Part shown: piece after piece, positions 48,301 through 58,855 of the stretch
Numbering within the stretch: position 1 is the stretch's first letter
Layout of the letters: each line of letters begins with the position of its first letter
NCBI GenBank assembly: GCA_002269645.1
Contig: NIVC01000038.1
Span: 310,001 to 374,000, forward strand
DNA length: 64,000 nucleotides
Direction: 5' to 3'
Origin: Macrostomum lignano
Taxonomy: Eukaryota
Translations under genes and position numbers: made by a program
Notes under the pieces: model-generated
Database searches by the model: none
What the model saw: only the letters and a program-made list of their open reading frames with translations
Told to the model about the DNA's origin: nothing

Positions 48301-49766
48301 CTGTATGAGGAAACCGCAGGCAAAATGACAGAGTAAAAATCTACGCGTGTTTAAGCAAAAGCTAGTAAAAATTTACAACACGTAATGAGTAGAAAGAGAA
48401 CAGCATGGATAAATGAGTTGAAATTTAAACAGCAAATAAAAACATTCTAAATAACATTCTAAATGAAAACTTAACTTTCAGACGAATCCATCATGTCTTC
48501 TTCAGGCTGTTGTCCGGTCCATCCGTCCTGAGTCCTGAATCCTGAGTAAACACTGAGTCAGAAGCCTCGACCACGAAGAGACCAGAAACCGTCGAGTGTG
48601 ACTTCCAGCGAAACGAGACAAATAAAGAAACAAATCTGTGCAAACCCAAATCCTAATGAGACGTGTAAAAATGTATAACTTAATAACTAGCAGTCAGACA
48701 GGTTGGGCGGCGCCGGGCCAAAATCAGTACATTTATTAAGGCATTGAAATTGAAATTGAAATTGAAATTGAGGAGGGGGTGGGGTTGGCTGCAAGATAAG
48801 ACATGGAGGGGTGTCGAGTGCGCGACGAAAGAAAGAGGCGAGATTGAGCAGCCAATCAGAAGGCAGCGTGGGAGAGAGAGAGAAAATAACAAGACTAAAA
48901 TGGACAGAGAGGGACAGAAAACAGAGTAAACGGAGACAAGTGCAAATGTGAACTAAGAAATGACCATGCATCGATTTGCACCGATCGATTTCGTATGTTA
49001 CAAGTTATGGTACCCTAAATGCAGATCTGAAAGTTAGAGTTAAGGATTGAGGCTTTAAAACAGAGTGCGTTTTTACTAAAACTAAAGAAATCCTCCTCTT
49101 ATGTGAAAATTATAATATCCACTAATCATCCACTTTGTATATTGCTTATTCGAGAAGTTGGGCAGTGAATATCAAATGAGTTTATGCAGTAAGCATATAC
49201 CAGACCAGTGAAGTAGTTTATTTCGTCTATGAGCGTAACAATAGTTCCAAACTTTTTTTGGTCGAAAAGTAGGAGTCAAAAGATTTTGAATTTTGGCTGC
49301 AGTTTTAATTGTCTCTCTATGTTATCTCGGTACTCTTTGGTTTTAAAGCTAGCTTCTTGCTCTTCTTGATCAATGAATGCTTATTAGACCAAACTGAAAG
49401 CTACAGTGACAGACCTAGTGACCATAGACAAGTGAAATTCAGCTCTGTCACTTTGGTACATCTTGCTTTGATTCACTCGGGGATGCTTTGTGAGCCCAAG
49501 TAGGCTGCGAAAGCTCTGATGAGCGAACGCACCTAAACTAAGAGAAAAGCCATAGACTATGCTAGCCGCTTCAAACTACTGAACCGACTGCTCCAACAGG
49601 CCCCATGCTACTGGTTAAATGATTCTGCAACTGCCTATGGATGGGATATAAACAAAAATAATAAGACTGTTGATGTCTATCGTTACATCGTAATAACAGG
49701 AAATGATATGATTTTCATTTCTTTGAGAAACATCAATTTTAGATTCATAAAACGATTTTATCCTAG

Positions 49767-50039
49767 CAGGGGTTGGAAAACTTTTAACACCGGGGCTAGA
49801 TGAAGAATCTTATGCATGACTGCGGGCCATAAAATTGGAGAGAGAAGATGGAATAGAGGAGAGTAGAGGATTAAGAAGAGGGAGGGGAGAGAAGAGATGG
49901 GAGAGAAGGGAGAGGAGATTAGAGAGAAGAGAGATGAGAAAAGACACAAACCTTGAGCGGGCTGGATTGCTATTGTGAAGTTTCAAAGGACCCGAGGGCC
50001 GGATAGAGAGGCCCTCAAGCCGGAGTTTGCCGACCCCTG
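49767..50039. mobile_element. Non-autonomous hAT (Charlie-like) MITE
   Basis: TIR pair CAGGGGTTGGAAAAC / GTTTGCCGACCCCTG; TCCTAG on both flanks (49761-49766, 50040-50045); GA-rich interior. Confidence 0.7.
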
Positions 50040-50804
50040 TCCTAGATCATTCAATTCAAACGGTACAGTTGCATGAATGACACAGCCTATCATTGGGAAT
50101 GATTCAACAGTGTACTACTGCCCAATCTTCTTATTAACTAAGAGCATATGCGTCTGCAGCTCATATTGTTTTGCTACTCCTTTCCGAGAAAAAAAAATTG
50201 AAAAGCACTTTCAAGTCCCAGTATTTTAATTTCACTCTAAAATAGCTGTCACGTACCTATAATAGATCAGGTGCTGATCCTTCGTCAGATGGTAACAATG
50301 ACGTTTCTCCGTGCAGTATTTGAAACCGGTTGGTTGATTGACTGATGGAACATTTTGCTGCGTGCGGCTCAATCTATGTTGCAGCTTTAGACAAGTCTGT
50401 ACTTTTATTTCAGAAGAGGCACAGCTCGATACTGGGTCGACTAAAGTGACCAGAGAGTGGAAAGAACTCGCATTTTAATAAGAGACCACAATCTATGGCC
50501 CTACTCTTCTATCTGTAGAACTTTTTAAGCCGAGAATTCTGCAGAAAATGCACTAACTGGTCTGTTATGTCTATGGCTTCAGCTCAGAAGCCCATGGAGA
50601 AAGCCTGATCGATAAGCGACTGTGTACTGCATGCAGACCAAACTCTAGAGCTGATTTATAAGTTGAGTTTCTCTCTTACGCATTTTTAAAACTCATTTTG
50701 CTCGTGATGCACATATAGAAGCTCCTAGCCCAACTCACTTTGCGTATTGACTTCTCGTATTGGCTATCAATGATAGCGATGAGGGGTCAGGGGGATTTCC
50801 TGAC

Positions 50805-51856
50805 CCCCAGTTATCTGTCTTTGTGTCTGTTTTAGTATTTGTCTTTGTGTCTCTCTTAATGTCTGTTTTTGTGTCTGTCCTAGTACCTGTCCTAGTGTCA
50901 TTCTTAGTGTCGGTCTCAGTGTCTGTCCTAGTGTCTGTTCTAGTGTCTGTCCTAGTACCTGTCCTAGTGTCATTCTTAGCATCATTCTTAGTGTCTGTCT
51001 TAGTATCTGTCCTAGTGTCTGTCCTAGTGTCTGTCTTAGTGTCTGTCTCAGTGTCTGTCTCAGTGTCTGTCTCAGTGTCTGTCTCAGTGTCTGTCCTAGT
51101 GTCTGTCTTAGTGTCTGTCTTAGTGTCTGTCTCAGTGTCTGTCCCACTGTCTGTCCCACTGTCTGTCTCACTGTCTGTCTCAGTGTCTGTCCTAGTGTCT
51201 GTCTCAGTGTTTGTCTCAGTGTCTGTCCCACTGTCTGTCTCACTGTCTGTCTCACTGTCTGTCTCAGTGTCTGTCCTAGTGTCTGTCTCAGTGTTTGTCT
51301 CAGTGTCTGTCTCACTGTCTGTCTCACTGTCTGTCTCACTGTCTGTCTCAGTGTCTGTCCTAGTGTCTGTCTCAGTGTCTGTCCTAGTGTCTGTCTCAGT
51401 GTCTGTCTTAGTGTCTGTCCTAGTGTCTGTCTCAGTGTCTGTCTTAGTGTCTGTCTTAGTGTCTGTCTTAGTGTCTGTCTCAGTATCTGTCTCAGTGTCG
51501 GTCCTAGTGTCTGTCTCAGTGTCTGTCCTAGTGTCTGTCTTAGTGTCTGTCCTAGTGTCTGTCCTAGTGTCTGTCTCAGTGTCTGTCTCAGTGTCTGTCT
51601 TAGTGTCTGTCTTAGTGTCTGTCTTAGTGTCTGTCTCAGTATCTGTCTCAGTGTCTGTCCTAGTGTCTGTCTCAGTGTCTGTCCTAGTGTCTGTCTTAGT
51701 GTCTGTCCTAGTGTCTGTCCTAGTGTCTGTCTCAGTGTCTGTCTCAGTGTCTGTCTCAGTGTCTGTCTCAGTGTCTGTCTCAGTGTCTGTCTCAGTGTCT
51801 GTCTCAGTGTCTGTCTCAGTGTCTGTCTCAGTGTCTGTCTCAGTGTCCGTCTTAGT
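50805..51856. repeat. 12-bp satellite GTGTCTGTCYYA, roughly 85-90 units
   Basis: Read directly; degenerate at the left end and homogeneous GTGTCTGTCTCA at the right end. Confidence 0.95.
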
Positions 51857-52722
51857 TTATGTTATATTTCTATATATCTAAATATCATTCTATATTTAGA
51901 AAGCGAAGCAGTGCGTTTGGTTTATGGCACAGAGCAGGCATCAAATATGGACGTCAATATTGAAATGGCCGCAGTTTTGACTTCATCAGCAGCGTGAGGA
52001 GCTCTTGGATCGGACAGAAAAATGAATGGCGACTGGGGCCGCGACCTGCCTGTCCGGTCACTGAATGTTCATGAGGGAGCTGTCAGGCTGTCAGTCATTG
52101 AATGTTCATGAATGTCCAGGAGCATGTACACAATATTTGAAGCGATAAAAGTACATCTAAAATATGTGTAGGAAGTATGCGCAGTAAAATTTTTCAAACA
52201 GCTCGCACAAAAGCCAGAGAAGCTTACAAAATTACGAGTTCAACTCAAGCTGCTGCATCAAGTCTCTCCAGCTGCTCTTTGACCCAGCCGACATTTGAAT
52301 TTTCCAGTTTCTTGCAGACAACTGCTACCTGTGCATTTGGCTTGACTATTTCATTAAAAAGCATTGGCAATTGGCTATTGAAGTCCCCACAACAAATTTG
52401 CAAAGAAAAGCCCGCATCAAAGCAGACATGCAGTTTGAACGGAAAAAGAAAATTCGGCATGCAGTGTGAATTGAATTGCAGCACAAATGTACAAAACTGC
52501 AGTTCACAGCAGGAGGGCTGCTCGTATTTAATGGCTATCGGTGTGCTCATTACAAAAAAGAAAAAACTCACTAAATAGGTAAAATACATAGAATAAAATA
52601 CACAAATTATAAACCGAATTCGCCAGAAAACATTCTGGGAAACCCAACGGTAAAAGTACACATTTTGGGTCTGAAATTCAAGTCAAGCAAAACTTCAAAA
52701 TCTGAGCAACGAAGTCTTCATG

Positions 52723-52850
52723 TCACTGCAGTCTCATCCGACTGAGCTTGGCGTGAGTCCAGCTGTCTCTCTGCTCCGCTGCAGTTTCCATGGCAACCAG
52801 GCGCCCCAAGTCGGCCCCGTCTCGCCGCAGCCTCGCCCTCGTCCACAGCC
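52723..52850 (-). repeat. Duplicated cGLR C-terminal module downstream of the copy B stop codon
   Basis: LWTRARLRRDGADLGRLVAMETAAEQRDSWTHAKLSRMRLQ* repeats 53085-53200. Confidence 0.85.
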
Positions 52851-52989
52851 TCGATGAACTCAGACGACAATACAGAATAAAAGCAGGAGAACTCAGAACA
52901 TAGTTATCTGAGCAACGAAGTCCGACTACCCAAAGTACAAACCAAAAGTAGATAAAAATTGTCTCAGCATCCAAGACCGCACCGGGCAG

Positions 52990-55829
52990 TCAGAATGACT
53001 CAGCCTTCCTTTTTCGGCCTCGACGTTGTGACTCGACTTTGAGGACTCCGGCTGCTGCATCAAGTCTGTCTAACCTCATCAGTCTCATTCGACTGAGCTT
53101 GGCGTGAGTCCAGCTGTCTCTCTGCTCCGCTGCAGTTTCCATGGCAACAAGGCGACCCAAGTCGGCCCCGTCTCGCCCCAGCTTCGCCCACGTCCACAGC
53201 CTTCGTTCCTCATCTTCCATGCTGCGGTGAGCGCCGCTGTCGCTGCCACTGCGGTTCGAAACTCGCCACCGCTTCTGCCTGACCCAGCCGATCTTCTCCT
53301 CGTCCTGCGTCTCCATGGCGACGCGTCTCTCTTTCTCGATCATCTCCATCTGCTGCAGGCTGAGCTCCACGTGCTCGCGGCAGTCGCTGTAGTGAGCCAG
53401 AGTGAGCAGCTCCTCCAAGTCCGGGTCCTCTTTCAGCTCTCGCTGCCAATCCTCCAGTTTGATTGAAGATGCTTGATTGCGGAGCAGCTCAGCTTGGAGA
53501 CTCCAGCTCAGGCAGCGGAAATTCACGTACAGGTGGGAGTAGAGAGGCTGCGACAGTCTGGCTGTGAACAGAGTCTGCGTGAACTCGGGAAGGAATGGGA
53601 AGCGAGGCGGAGAGTCGCAGGGGAGGCAGAACCTCCACGCCCAGTCTGAGTCTTCTGGCAGTTTATTTGACCCATATTTATCTGTTCGAATATCCTGTGG
53701 CTGCAACCCTGACTCAACCTGATGTGTTTGCAGCTCCATCGCGAGTCTCTCAGCCTCCTCAGATTCTTCGAACTTCAAATGCGCCATGGCGGTCATGCAC
53801 AGAGCGGCGCACTTGCACCACTTTTGCTCATGCAGGAGACTGAGGTGCCTCATCAGGGTGTTTTTGTCTCTCGATTCCGTCTGCAACTCGCTCAAACACT
53901 GGTGCACCACACTGTACACGTCTGCGAACTTGTAGTACATTTTTGAACAGTCAGTTCTTTCCCTGATCTCCGTGACAGCAGGCGGCGCTGTCAGAGGCAG
54001 CAAAGTGAACGGGTGAAAGTAGAACTTCTCTGACTGCAGAGGTCTCACGAGTCTCCTCAGCTGCTCCACCACTCCGCCGATGTCGCTTCTCAGCTCACAA
54101 AGTCGGTCTCGAACCCTCGCCTTCGTGTTATCGAAGTCGCCGCCGATTCCAGCGTTCTTGAAGTAGAGCGGAGCGTCGGGCATGAAGTAGTGCGGCATGC
54201 ACTCATCGGGCGAGCTGCTCGAGTGGATGAAGCTCAGCACCATGTCGAGAGACTCCTTGAGCAGAGCGACCAGATTGTGGGGCTGCCAAGCCTCAGTTTC
54301 AGGATCTGTGCCATGCTTCTCCAGCATTGTGAAGAGCAGCGTCTTTGCATGGTAGGTCTTGAGTCCAGGTGTGTCCAGAGTGAGCGGCAAGTGTCTCTTG
54401 AAGATGAACTTGATGAGTGTGAACAGCTGGCCCTGGACTGTGCTCAGTTCTCTGATGATGTGTTTCTCTTGGAAGCTGAAGCTCACTCTAAGCTCGTTGG
54501 TCTCACTCGGTCTGGTCGCCCGAACGAGATGAACATCAATGAATTTCTTATCAAGCATTTTTTCAATTCTGTCCTCACAGAAACTGCTGCAGCACCGGAT
54601 CGCATGGCACGTGTCCTGTGCAGGCCGCACACCGCACGCCGTGGCTGTCACTGCAGGTTGGCTGCCTGCAGAGCGCAGTGAGAGTCACTTTGTGGCGAGT
54701 GAAAAAGATGGGTCTGTTTGAATCAGCTTCTCTAGTTTTTCAAATACCCTTAAACCCATCGGGATTTTACTGGATATTCCACCTTTTTTATGTTTTTAAA
54801 TTTTTAAATTATTTATTTCATCACAGCAAGGCACCACTCAGGCAGTCAAGGGCGCGGCTTCGGCTTATTTTGTCACACTTTACAGGGTATGAGGCAGCTC
54901 TGCATGCCCTGTGAATTTCAAACCCTGAAAAGGACCTGAATTATTTAAAATTTTGCATTCGGCTTCGATTTTCAGGCAGATCTCGGAACTTTGATGATGA
55001 ACCGAGCCTCACTCACCTGCTCCCACTGACACCTGTGCGTGGCCGTCCTTGACCTGCAGCTGAGTAGCACCTTTGCAGGAACCATATCTTCCTCCGCAGC
55101 CACCTTCCAGATGGAACTCTTGCCCATCAACCAGCACAGTCCAGTCAATGTCCGAGTCTGCAGCTGTCCTGCCGTTCACTTGCACCAGACTGTTGGCCCA
55201 GCCCTCTGCGTAGCTGCCCGTCATCTGCCTGCCATCCTGTGTGAGGACTCGAGCGACATATTGCAGCCAGTCAGCCAGTATCTGCTGACATTCTGCTCTC
55301 TGCTCGGTGAATCCCGCATCGCTGAGCAGTCTATGCAGCTTCTCGCTCAGGCGCCTGTCTTGCTGGGGGTTGTCTGAGAGCCTGGAATGATCCGAGATGC
55401 GTGTGGGTGATTTTCTCAGTGTTGGATGGACAGAACATGCAGGAGAGCTGAGAGTGCAGCTGCTGCAGCACTCAGACTGGCATCTCAAGCAGGAGAGCTG
55501 AGAGTGCAGCTGCTGCAGCACTCAGACTAGCATCTCAAGCAGGAGAGCTGAGAGTGCAGCTGCTGCAGCACTCAGACTGGCATCTCAAGCAGGAGAGCTG
55601 AGAGTGCAGCTGCTGCAGCACTCAGACTGGCATCTCAAGCAGGAGAGCTGGGTGCAGCAGCTCAGCCCTACCAACCCAATCTCAAGCCTGCTGAGTTTCT
55701 CTTCTATTTCTGCTCCAAGCTGCCTGCCTGTTGGAAGGCGCAATGCGGCAGTGAAGCCGAACCGGTCAGACTCACCGATGGAGGCCCGAATCGAAGTGGT
55801 GAGCGGCTGCCTGCCGGGCCTCTGGGGTT
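52990..55829 (-). CDS. cGAS-like receptor (cGLR/Mab-21 NTase), copy B; exons 55829-55776, 55381-55017, 54665-52990; 5' exon not in the expected position
   Basis: Same exon structure, splice sites and phases as copy A; GSYAEG..DSDID and QDTCHA intact; all three exons open; no ATG at the position of the copy A internal Met. Confidence 0.85.
55439..55650. repeat. 50-bp intronic tandem repeat, about 4.3 copies (about 1.5 copies in the copy A intron)
   Basis: GCAGGAGAGCTG starts at 55439, 55489, 55539, 55589, 55639. Confidence 0.9.
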
Positions 55830-57794
55830 CTGCAATGCGGACAAGAGATCCGGCTTTAACAGAAGAGAAACTAAGCCAAGTAATTAAGTTTGAATGACAA
55901 ATAATTTTGACACTGCATGATAACTTTATAGAATTTCAAGCCGAATTTCTCAATTTACTCAATGAGAAAAGCAAAAATGCATTGGCAGTTGTGTGGTGAA
56001 TGCGCCGCGCCTAATCCAGCCCTGACTAATTGCACTGGCTATTGTCACCCCTTTATTTTTGCTCTTCGCCGGCCCAGAGTGCGAGGCACCCAAGCCGAGC
56101 CTCTTGCGCCTTGTTGGTTGCGGCTTGATTTCTAATTTTCATTCTGAACCCCTCCTCTTTGATGCCTGCTGCTAATAAAGTCTGGTTGCATTGAGTCGTG
56201 TTGGGTTTACCCCCGTATCACGCGTGATTGACTGCACAGGCATGAGTTGCGATTAACCCTTCTGTCAGTCGTTTATTTCACTCTAATTGATTGGCTGGGT
56301 AGTTTTTGGTGGCTACTTAAGTGCCAATTTTTTACCCCTCTCTGTTTTTTCTCCCCTCCTACTGTGCGCTCCGGCTAGCAGCTGTATAATTCCACTGAGA
56401 ACCCCGGCAGTCCACTTTATTGAACTTCTTTACCAGCTCCAGATTGCTGTCAGGCCCCCTTCGTTGGCGCTACGCCGTGTCCATTTGACGATCTGTTACG
56501 TCCGACATGTTATGTTTGACGTATAAACTTTTATGAAGAGATTATCACAGACGATTTTAATCCCGCGTATTCGAGCGGCCAAGGTTTTTCCTTTTATTTT
56601 CCTTTTCTTTTGCTGTGGCCCTTTAGCATCTAGCTAGACAGGCCCAGCCCATAAACAAATAGCGAAAATGTCAGAATAGAATATATATATTAACATACAA
56701 TACGCATCATTCCCCTTTGTCAACAAAACAATTGTTTGATATGACAGTTCAGTTCATAGCATCAGTTTCTGAATTCACTTTGCTACAAAAAATCCGGTTT
56801 CTTCAGCTTTGATCGATCCCGCAAAATTCGCTTGTTAGCCAATTGATGATTGCCGTTGCCTTCAGAGTCGCTCTTAGGTTTGTTCGGTGTTGCGTCTTGT
56901 CCTTTGCTTTTGTCTATGGCTCTCTGAGTAGAGATCCCGATGTTTCAGTTTCCTCCTGGGCTGACTTCCATGCATTGCACTCAGAGGATGCACTAGCATT
57001 GTGTCATGCTGTACGCTCATTATTCCACGCTTAGGAATCATTATTTTAGGCTTCTAAAAATACATTCATGAGACAATGTGTTTGTGTATATGGTTTTGTC
57101 ATAGACAATGATAAATTTTAGTCACTCGTGGCTTCGCCACTCGTGAAAATTTTATCATCGTCTACCTGGTACCTCCAAAACCATATACACAATCTATCAT
57201 TATTCGAGGGCTGTAGCTTTTCATTGAATCCACTATCTAGTGTAGGCGGAGCTTCCAGTTCGGACTTAAAGAGGTGATCAACATGCCTTTTCCAAATCTG
57301 TCCGTTGACTTCAACTTGATAGAATAGCGGTCCAGTTTGCTTGATCACTTTAGCGTGCGCCCATTTGTTCTCATTCTCTCTCCTGAAGTCAAGAGCAAGC
57401 ACAGTGTCGCCAACCTGAAACTCTCTCTGTGGAATCTGTTCCCGGCGCATTATCTGCTCACTTTGCGAGTCCAGCACTTTCCCGTACGTGTCAGGCTTGA
57501 GGAAATCCACTTTGGTCCTCCTGGTATATGCGAGTATCATCTCAGCTGGTGACTTGCCGGTGGTGCTGTGTGGAGTGCTTCGATATCGAAATAAGAAGTT
57601 CTGCAGGCTAAAGATAGGATTTCCATGGCTTTTCTTACCTGCTCTGATTGCTTTCTTTGCCGTTTGAACCATTCGCTCACTGAGTCCATTTGTTTTTGGA
57701 TGTCCAACTGCACTGAATATATGCTTAATTTTATTCGATTTGGTGAATTCGACAAATTCTTGTGATGTAAACTGACTTCCATTATCTGTTAGTA

Positions 57795-57992
57795 TGAAGC
57801 AGTCATTTTTACTAATTTGTACTTTATTTATAAATTCCTAAGACCTTTATTTTATCAATAACGCATCTCTGCCCATAGAAATAAAACCAATACTGTACCG
57901 ATGCAAACTAATGTTAAAGCCCCTGCGCATCAAGTGACAAAATAAACTCGCGTTTCCACTGTTAATAAATTCTACTTGTAGCAGCAGCTACA
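57795..57992 (+). repeat. 5' LTR of inner Gypsy
   Basis: Direct repeat of 62098-62275 with a ~20-bp indel. Confidence 0.9.
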
Positions 57993-57995
57993 AAC

Positions 57996-58013
57996 TGGTA
58001 GCAGAGCGTGGTT
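57996..58013 (+). other. Primer-binding site complementary to the initiator Met tRNA 3' end
   Basis: TGGTAGCAGAGCGTGGTT, 3 nt after the LTR; matches the invertebrate tRNA-iMet 3' end as I recall it. Confidence 0.8.
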
Positions 58014-58018
58014 CCCAA

Positions 58019-58855
58019 ATGTCAAGCACCGAAACTCCTGCTGCTTTGGCCAGCGCGTCTGGTAACGCACCGGCGGTGGACGAGCAGAACCAACCTTTGC
58101 CTCCACCCCAGCCAAATGAACTCAGCCGGGTCGCTGTTCGACCTCCAGCTTTCTACCGGAAATCACCGGAGACCTGGTTCAAGCAACTCGAATCGCAATT
58201 CGCGCTTGCAAACATCACCAACGGCGTCACAAAATACCACTACGCTCTGGCAGCTCTCCCGGAAGACATCGCCTGCGAGCTCAACTTTGACAGCAATAAT
58301 TATGACAACTTGAAGACTGCGGTATCCGACAGCCTGCGAGCCAACCGTCATCAGCTGATCGAGGAGGCCTTGTCGGCGGTGGAGCTCGGCCAGAGGAGAC
58401 CAAGCCAACTCGTTACCGAGATAAAACGGCGGTTTACAGAAGTCGGCCTGAAGGTCGACGATGCCATTGTGAAGTCACGCTTGATTTCAGCGCTGCCAGC
58501 TAACATCTGCTCAGCCCTCGTCGGACACGAAAGTAGCCCGCTGGACACCTTCGCAAAGATAGTAGACAGTATGCTCGCTGTCGCTGGTCGTCCTTCTCCT
58601 TTCTCCGACATCAAACGGCTCGCCGCAGCTGAATGGACAGAGCTGCCGGCGCCCCAAAATCCGCGCCGGCCGGCTGCCCCTGGCCATCGACAGCAGCGAC
58701 CACTCATCTGCAATGCACACATCTACTACGCTAACAAGGCTCGGACCTGCCGACCTTGGTGCAAATGGCCAGGCTCGAAGCCGGCAAACCTGCTTCGCCA
58801 AGGCCAGTCGACGCCAGCCCAGTCTCGTTCTTCATCGCCATCCCCAAACGAATAA
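58019..58855 (+). CDS. Gag of inner Gypsy element (278 aa, open)
   Basis: RVAVRPPAFYRKSPETWFKQLESQF..TKYHY; C-terminal ICNAH..A..C..WC.W. Confidence 0.8.
   Translation: MSSTETPAALASASGNAPAVDEQNQPLPPPQPNELSRVAVRPPAFYRKSPETWFKQLESQFALANITNGVTKYHYALAALPEDIACELNFDSNNYDNLKTAVSDSLRANRHQLIEEALSAVELGQRRPSQLVTEIKRRFTEVGLKVDDAIVKSRLISALPANICSALVGHESSPLDTFAKIVDSMLAVAGRPSPFSDIKRLAAAEWTELPAPQNPRRPAAPGHRQQRPLICNAHIYYANKARTCRPWCKWPGSKPANLLRQGQSTPAQSRSSSPSPNE

Noticed and set aside
48690-48740. PBS and LTR end of the BEL/Pao element
   Set aside because: Only a loose TGGC..GCC-like match and no second LTR identified.
50760-51881. 373-aa Ser/Val-rich ORF and the antisense RQT ORF
   Set aside because: Translation of a stop-free 12-bp satellite; no domain or splice support.
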